Positions 16,516-21,563 of a stretch of 21,563 nucleotides of DNA are shown here, piece after piece. Positions within the stretch are counted from its first letter, which is position 1; each line of letters starts with the position of its first letter. The stretch lies in sequence record SRR20825019_114; one strand, written 5' to 3'. A program made the translations under genes and the position numbers. Under the pieces are notes generated by a model. The model was not told where the DNA came from, did no database searches, and saw only the letters and a program-made list of their open reading frames with translations.

Positions 16516-18311
16516 CAGAAACTTTGCCCGATGCTAAGATAGATGGCGACAGCGCTTTCCCCTTCGCGCCGTCCAAGCGGGAAAGCAACATCCAGCCGAA
16601 CCGGTGCGATTGAGGTGTGGTATCGCACCCCAAGCCCCGTGCCCCACCGAAAACTGCCAAACTCCGGGAATGTATCATCATACACCGCTCCACCGTCAAC
16701 GAAGGGCACAAGGCTTATCGTCTCGCTCACTCGCAGGCGGGTTTCAAAAGCCACTTCCGCAACCGAGCGACCACCGATCGGGTCACCGTCATCATCAAGT
16801 GCCCCCAATGCCTGATACGGAAAACCACGCACAGAACCACCACCACCGGCAAAAAAGCGTTCAGGCAGCGGTATCCGCTCGTTCGTAGGTCCGAGGGTGG
16901 CACCAATACGGGTACGTGCGGCAAACACAACGTTATCCAGCCCTTTAAACTGCCAATAGCCAGATGCCTTCAGCTCATTGGTTACAAATATGAAGCTATC
17001 GTTGATCAAAGACACGTTGGGCTGCACTCGAAAGTGCACGCGTACGCCGCGTCTTGGGTCCAAAAGTGAATTGGAGGTATCAAAACCAATACCAAGCGGC
17101 ACCCCCAGCAGCACAAACTCGTCCCGTTCGCCATCCTCGCGCACCTGCGTTGCCTTACCTGTAAGCCCGATAGAGCCCACTAGCTTGTTATTAAACCGGC
17201 GTTCGATGCCCGCAAAAGCTTCAAACAAGTGTGCGTTGTAGGCAGGTGTATCTTCGCGCCCGAACCGGGAACGAAGGATGGATGACTGCCCAAACCGCCT
17301 GAAATGAGGTTTCCGCAGACTGGCCGAAACCGTTTGCTCTGTCTCACCAATAATGGTTGAGAATTTCAGGTTTTCACCACGGCCCCATGCGTTTTTGTTT
17401 GTCCAGGAGGCCTCGACATCAAACCCCTCGCCTGTTGAGTACCCTGCGCCAAGCTCGATGCGCCTTGGCGGTGTTTCTTTCAACTCAACAGCCACCGGCA
17501 CAGTACCGTCTGAGACGTCATCTTGCTTCACGGTGACGGAGACGCTTCTGAAAAGCCCTGTGCCCTGAAGACGGGACCGAAACTCATCCATGTGAGCCTT
17601 ACGAACCAGGCCACCCTCCGGCCAGGGGATCAAGCGGCTAAGATAAGACTCCTCAGTTCGTTCCGCGCCGTCATAGGCGACGGAGCCAAAATCAACCTCT
17701 GGCCCTGTATCGATATTATAATGCACCGCCGCTGTTTTGAGCGCGTGGTCAACCACCACTTGTCGTTCGTCCGCCAGCGCGAAGGGAAAGCCCTTGTCAC
17801 CCAGTGAAGTGAGTACACGATATTCAGCCGCCAGAATATCTTCCGACCGCGCTGCGGCACCTTTCGCGAGGGGCGCCGTGACACCGTCCATCGGCTGGTC
17901 TTCTCCTTCGTTCTTGAAGGTAGTGGATACAGCATCAATCGTGTACCGGGTGCCCGGCCTTACAACGATAAGCAAATTGGCCCGCTCACCAACATTCTCT
18001 ACCCGGCTGTCAACCGATGCACCGTAATATCCTTCGGAGCGCAGCACCCGACCGAACATTTCAACATCAGCTTCAAGGTTGGCATCCAGCCGTGCAAGCG
18101 AGTTCAGGCAGCTACCTTTTTTTTCTTGTAGCCGGGAAACGGAAGTTAGCAGTTCGCGCAGATCTTCCTGACCTTCGGGCAGCTCAAGCGAAAATCCGAC
18201 CGTCACACCGCCTTTGCTGCAACTATCATCAGCAAGCAGCGGCGCGGACATCAAAACCAGAGATATTATCGCAGTATAGGTGGCGCGCACCGAGTTCACC
18301 CCCGGGGTCAT
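16515..18311 (-). CDS. tamA: Omp85-family outer-membrane protein TamA
   Basis: Signal peptide, POTRA motifs (LRSEGYY, GFPFA, TGLF), barrel lid RFFAGGGGSVRGF, and the ending P-VRLDVAFP...YLSIGQSF. Confidence 0.94.
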   Translation of the reverse strand: MTPGVNSVRATYTAIISLVLMSAPLLADDSCSKGGVTVGFSLELPEGQEDLRELLTSVSRLQEKKGSCLNSLARLDANLEADVEMFGRVLRSEGYYGASVDSRVENVGERANLLIVVRPGTRYTIDAVSTTFKNEGEDQPMDGVTAPLAKGAAARSEDILAAEYRVLTSLGDKGFPFALADERQVVVDHALKTAAVHYNIDTGPEVDFGSVAYDGAERTEESYLSRLIPWPEGGLVRKAHMDEFRSRLQGTGLFRSVSVTVKQDDVSDGTVPVAVELKETPPRRIELGAGYSTGEGFDVEASWTNKNAWGRGENLKFSTIIGETEQTVSASLRKPHFRRFGQSSILRSRFGREDTPAYNAHLFEAFAGIERRFNNKLVGSIGLTGKATQVREDGERDEFVLLGVPLGIGFDTSNSLLDPRRGVRVHFRVQPNVSLINDSFIFVTNELKASGYWQFKGLDNVVFAARTRIGATLGPTNERIPLPERFFAGGGGSVRGFPYQALGALDDDGDPIGGRSVAEVAFETRLRVSETISLVPFVDGGAVYDDTFPEFGSFRWGTGLGVRYHTSIAPVRLDVAFPLGRREGESAVAIYLSIGQSF

Positions 18312-18526
18312 TGTTCAGGCGGGCGTTAAAGCCATAGCCAAGAATTCAGAGTTACCGGCAAAATGTGGCCGATACAAGTTCACAATGTAACACCGAAGTG
18401 ACGTGCCTACCTAAACCCGATGATGCTAGATAACCACAAGCACCGGCTGGGGGCAGAGCATTGCCACCACACGTGCCAAGATGAAAAACATTTCTCATCA
18501 AGAAAAATAACAGGGGGAGAGATAAT

Positions 18527-19516
18527 ATGAACATGCAGATGCTTGTGACAGCGATGCTGTCTGCCCTATTTCTGCATACACCCGTTTTCGCAGGCGATGC
18601 CGCGACCCAGCCCGTCATTGGCTCACTGAAAGCAGGGTGGTACGGTGGCGCGCAAGACTGCTCAGCTGTGACCACCCCACAGCTTGAGGTTCACGCCTAT
18701 AACCACAACACCTACATATTGCGGCAAAGCCTTTGTGCCACGTTTGAGGCACCCTTTATGTATCTGCTTATCGGTGAGGATCGCGCCTTACTTATTGATA
18801 CAGGCGGCGTGAAATCAGAGCACGGCACACCCGTTTCGGAGGCCGTCATGGCGCTCCTGCCTATGCTGGACACAGGCACCTTCCCCCTCACTGTCGTGCA
18901 TAGCCACGGCCATAGCGACCATAAAGCGGGGGACCCGGAATTTGAGAACCTGCCGTCTGTAACCGTGATCAAACCCACCGTTGAAGATTTGGCTTCAGGC
19001 CTCGGCTTTACCGACTGGCCCAACGACCTGGCACAAATAGACCTTGGCGACCGCACCGTGCACGCTATACCAACCCCCGGCCACCACAAAAGCCATGTTG
19101 TGTATTACGACGAGGCAACAGGCCTTGTATTTTCTGGCGACTTTCTCCTGCCCGGCCGGCTGATAGTGGACGATACAGAGACCTATCTTAAGAGCGCTGA
19201 ACGGCTGGCCGTCTTCATCAAGGACAAGCCCGTCACCTTTGTACTTGGTGCGCATGTGGAACTCAACAAAGCGGGCGACCTTTTTGAATTTGGCTCCCAG
19301 TACCATCCGGATGAAAGCGGCCTTGCACTTCAAAAGGAGGATATCCTGACGCTACCCACCGCGCTGCAAGATTTTAACGGCTTCTATAATGCACACCCGC
19401 ACTATGTGGTCACCCACCCGAAACATATGCTGATGACAATTGCCGCCGTGGCTGTTGTTGTTCTTGGCCTGATTATTTGGGGTGTGGTTCGTTTTATCAG
19501 GCGCCGCAAGCGTTAG
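18527..19516 (+). CDS. Exported metallo-beta-lactamase-fold hydrolase with C-terminal TM anchor
   Basis: Signal peptide, LLIDTG, HSHGHSDH (HxHxDH), TPGH, FSGD and GAH, then a hydrophobic helix followed by RRRKR. GGGGGAG RBS. Confidence 0.88.
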   Translation: MNMQMLVTAMLSALFLHTPVFAGDAATQPVIGSLKAGWYGGAQDCSAVTTPQLEVHAYNHNTYILRQSLCATFEAPFMYLLIGEDRALLIDTGGVKSEHGTPVSEAVMALLPMLDTGTFPLTVVHSHGHSDHKAGDPEFENLPSVTVIKPTVEDLASGLGFTDWPNDLAQIDLGDRTVHAIPTPGHHKSHVVYYDEATGLVFSGDFLLPGRLIVDDTETYLKSAERLAVFIKDKPVTFVLGAHVELNKAGDLFEFGSQYHPDESGLALQKEDILTLPTALQDFNGFYNAHPHYVVTHPKHMLMTIAAVAVVVLGLIIWGVVRFIRRRKR

Positions 19517-19607
19517 CACAGGCAACAGCCATAGACATATCCGCGCTAACCCCTTTATATATCTACCAAATTGAAATTATACCGACCTTATTCTTCGGAG
19601 ATGGCTC

Positions 19608-20765
19608 ATGTTGATGCGAAAAATTTTTTCAGTTCTCATTGGTCTCGCAGTCTTGCCTACTCAGGTGATTGCTGATGAAAACGGCGTCCGGGCGCGCGAT
19701 CTGGACATCACGCCCGGTGTCCTGTCGCCGGGGGCCAACAATGCCATTACAGATGTCGCCGGGGTCAAGGTCGGGCACTATACGCTGATTGAGGGCGAGA
19801 CGATCCGCACCGGCGCAACGGCGATTTTGCCGCACGGCGGTAACCTCTACCAAAACAAGGTCCCCGCCGCCGTGGTGATAGGCAACGGTTACGGCAAAAT
19901 GATGGGGATCAGCCAGATTGAAGAGCTCGGGGAAATTGAGACCCCGATTGTGCTCACCAACACCCTCAACGTGCCTGAGGCCGCGAACGCTGTTATCGGC
20001 TGGACGTTGAAGCAACCCGGCAATGAGGATGTCCGGTCGGTGAACGCTGTTATTGGCGAAACCAATGATGGTTACCTCAATGACATTCGTGGGCGCCATG
20101 TCACCCCAGAGATGGTCGAAGAGGCTATCAATGACGCCAAACCCGGCCCTGTGACTGAAGGCGCCGTTGGTGCAGGCACTGGCACTGTTGCCTTTGGCTG
20201 GAAAGGCGGCATTGGCACCTCCTCCCGCTTGTTGCCCGCGTCACTTGGCGGTTATACGGTCGGTGTGCTGGTGCAATCAAATTATGGCGGCATCCTGCAG
20301 ATGGACGGCCTCCCTGTGGGCGAAGCTTTGAGCCAGCATTACCTGCGTGAGCATGTCGCGGATGACGGCGCAGATGGTTCTATCATGATGGTCATCGCCA
20401 CAGATGCTCCGCTTTCTGACCGCAACCTGAAACGCCTGGCGCGCCGCGCCATGGGTGGCCTGGCCCGCACGGGCGCGTCGCTCACTAACGGCAGCGGCGA
20501 TTATGTCATCAGTTTTTCTACAGCCGAAAGCGTACGGCGCACGCCAGAGCGGCGCAGCACAACCAGCCTGATTGCGGACCTGCCCAACGGTGAGATATCG
20601 CCACTGTTTCAGGCGGTAATCGAAGCAACAGAAGAAGCAATCTATAACTCGCTGCTGATGGCGGGCGGTGCGAGCGGTGAAAACCGGTATCAACCGGGCG
20701 CAACAAGCGTCCCACTCCTGCCAGTAGAAAAAGTGAAGCAGTTGTTGCACGAAAACCAACGCTAG
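19608..20765 (+). CDS. dmpA: P1-family (DmpA-like) L-aminopeptidase/D-esterase, probably exported
   Basis: Motifs NAITDVAGVKVGH, TPIVLTNTL, GETNDGYLNDI, EGAVGAGTG, KGGIGTSSR, the Gly-Ser autoproteolysis site DGSI and NGSGD. N-terminal signal-like sequence. Confidence 0.9.
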   Translation: MLMRKIFSVLIGLAVLPTQVIADENGVRARDLDITPGVLSPGANNAITDVAGVKVGHYTLIEGETIRTGATAILPHGGNLYQNKVPAAVVIGNGYGKMMGISQIEELGEIETPIVLTNTLNVPEAANAVIGWTLKQPGNEDVRSVNAVIGETNDGYLNDIRGRHVTPEMVEEAINDAKPGPVTEGAVGAGTGTVAFGWKGGIGTSSRLLPASLGGYTVGVLVQSNYGGILQMDGLPVGEALSQHYLREHVADDGADGSIMMVIATDAPLSDRNLKRLARRAMGGLARTGASLTNGSGDYVISFSTAESVRRTPERRSTTSLIADLPNGEISPLFQAVIEATEEAIYNSLLMAGGASGENRYQPGATSVPLLPVEKVKQLLHENQR

Positions 20766-20875
20766 CGGTGACGCGGCAGGCCCTTGCATAAAGCAGGTGT
20801 TAGCAGCCTCAAACGCCAGGGCACAACCCAAGGCGCACAAGGCCTTGCGTTTCATGAAGGAAACGGAAATATACC

Positions 20876-21421
20876 ATGGCAAAAATCATTTATGGAATGA
20901 ACCTGTCACTGGACGGATATGTCGACCACGAGAAGTTTGCCCCCGATGCGACGCTCTTTCGTCACTGGATTGAGCAAGTACAAAACCTGTCCGGAAGCAT
21001 ATATGGCCGTGGCATGTATGAGGTCATGCGTTACTGGGACGAGGACGACCCCGAATGGACCGACGACCTGCACGAGTTCGCAGCCGCATGGCGGCAACAA
21101 CGCAAGTGGGTCGTGTCGCGCTCGCTGAAGTCGGTCGGCCCCAATGCGACCCTTATCAACGATGATTTTGAGATAGCAGTCCGCCAGTTGAAGGAAGAGC
21201 TTCCCGGCGAGATTTCGGTATCCGGCCCAAAGCTCGCGCAAAGCTTCACAGATTTGGGCCTTATTGACGAATACAGACTCTATTATCATCCGGTTGTGCT
21301 TGGTGGCGGCGCGCCTTTCTTCCCAGGCACGCGCGTTCGGCTCCGCCTCACGGCCCACGAGTTGATCGGTGATGAGGTGATCAGATTGACCTATGTTCCA
21401 GTGGAAGAGAGCACAGGATAG
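20876..21421 (+). CDS. Dihydrofolate reductase family / RibD C-terminal domain protein
   Basis: Motifs MNLSLDGYV, YGRGMYE, VVSRSL and GLIDEYRLYYHPVVLGGG. Confidence 0.88.
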   Translation: MAKIIYGMNLSLDGYVDHEKFAPDATLFRHWIEQVQNLSGSIYGRGMYEVMRYWDEDDPEWTDDLHEFAAAWRQQRKWVVSRSLKSVGPNATLINDDFEIAVRQLKEELPGEISVSGPKLAQSFTDLGLIDEYRLYYHPVVLGGGAPFFPGTRVRLRLTAHELIGDEVIRLTYVPVEESTG

Positions 21422-21482
21422 GGCGTATCAGAAGCGAGCTTACACTCGAAATCACACCGCCGCATTGCAGAACATATGCATA

Positions 21483-21527
21483 AAAACAATGGGTTATGAC
21501 ATAAAATACGCCATAACCCATTGTTTT
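21483..21527. terminator. 16-bp perfect inverted repeat; probable bidirectional terminator between the DHFR-like gene and the tRNA
   Basis: AAAACAATGGGTTATG (21483-21498) / CATAACCCATTGTTTT (21512-21527). A/T tracts at both ends; located between convergent genes. Confidence 0.7.
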
Positions 21528-21538
21528 ATAATAGAAAG

Positions 21539-21563
21539 TGGCGGAGAGGAAGGGATTCGAACC
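21539..21563 (-). tRNA. 3' end of a tRNA gene, probably tRNA-Ser (truncated by the window end)
   Basis: The reverse complement GGTTCGAATCCCTTCCTCTCCGCCA gives a T-loop, the 3' acceptor strand, discriminator G and encoded CCA. CTCTCC-G-CCA is typical of tRNA-Ser. The anticodon is not in the window. Confidence 0.85.

Noticed and set aside
20766-20875. Short hairpins before the DHFR-like gene, including CGTTTC/GAAACG near the RBS, as a possible riboswitch
   Set aside because: The stems are only about 6 bp and no known aptamer consensus is recognisable.
1-21563. CRISPR array, IS/transposase, integrase, prophage or defence genes
   Set aside because: No regularly spaced direct repeats or corresponding protein motifs were seen by eye.

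Overview
This looks like a GC-rich alphaproteobacterial chromosome segment, possibly a marine Kordiimonas-like organism (low-confidence inference from gene content). In order, it holds: a 5'-truncated isovaleryl-CoA-dehydrogenase-type ACAD and an acyl-CoA synthetase; alternative oxidase with a perfect RegA/RegR-type box upstream; a PON1-like paraoxonase/lactonase; a membrane-anchored CxxS thioredoxin and an exported CX4R (DUF442-like) protein; and a cobalamin-riboswitch-controlled btuB-cobO unit. Next come a secreted protein resembling the T6SS accessory TagQ but with no T6SS genes nearby, and a LuxR-HTH/alpha-beta-hydrolase fusion lacking the catalytic Ser. The rest is tamAB, a C-terminally anchored MBL-fold hydrolase, a DmpA/P1 peptidase, a RibD-C/DHFR-family protein and the 3' end of a probable tRNA-Ser. 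No CRISPR array, transposase or integrase is visible. The best candidate for an undescribed system is the orphan TagQ-like gene plus the pseudo-hydrolase LuxR regulator (9230-11984). All homology calls come from motif recognition without database searches.
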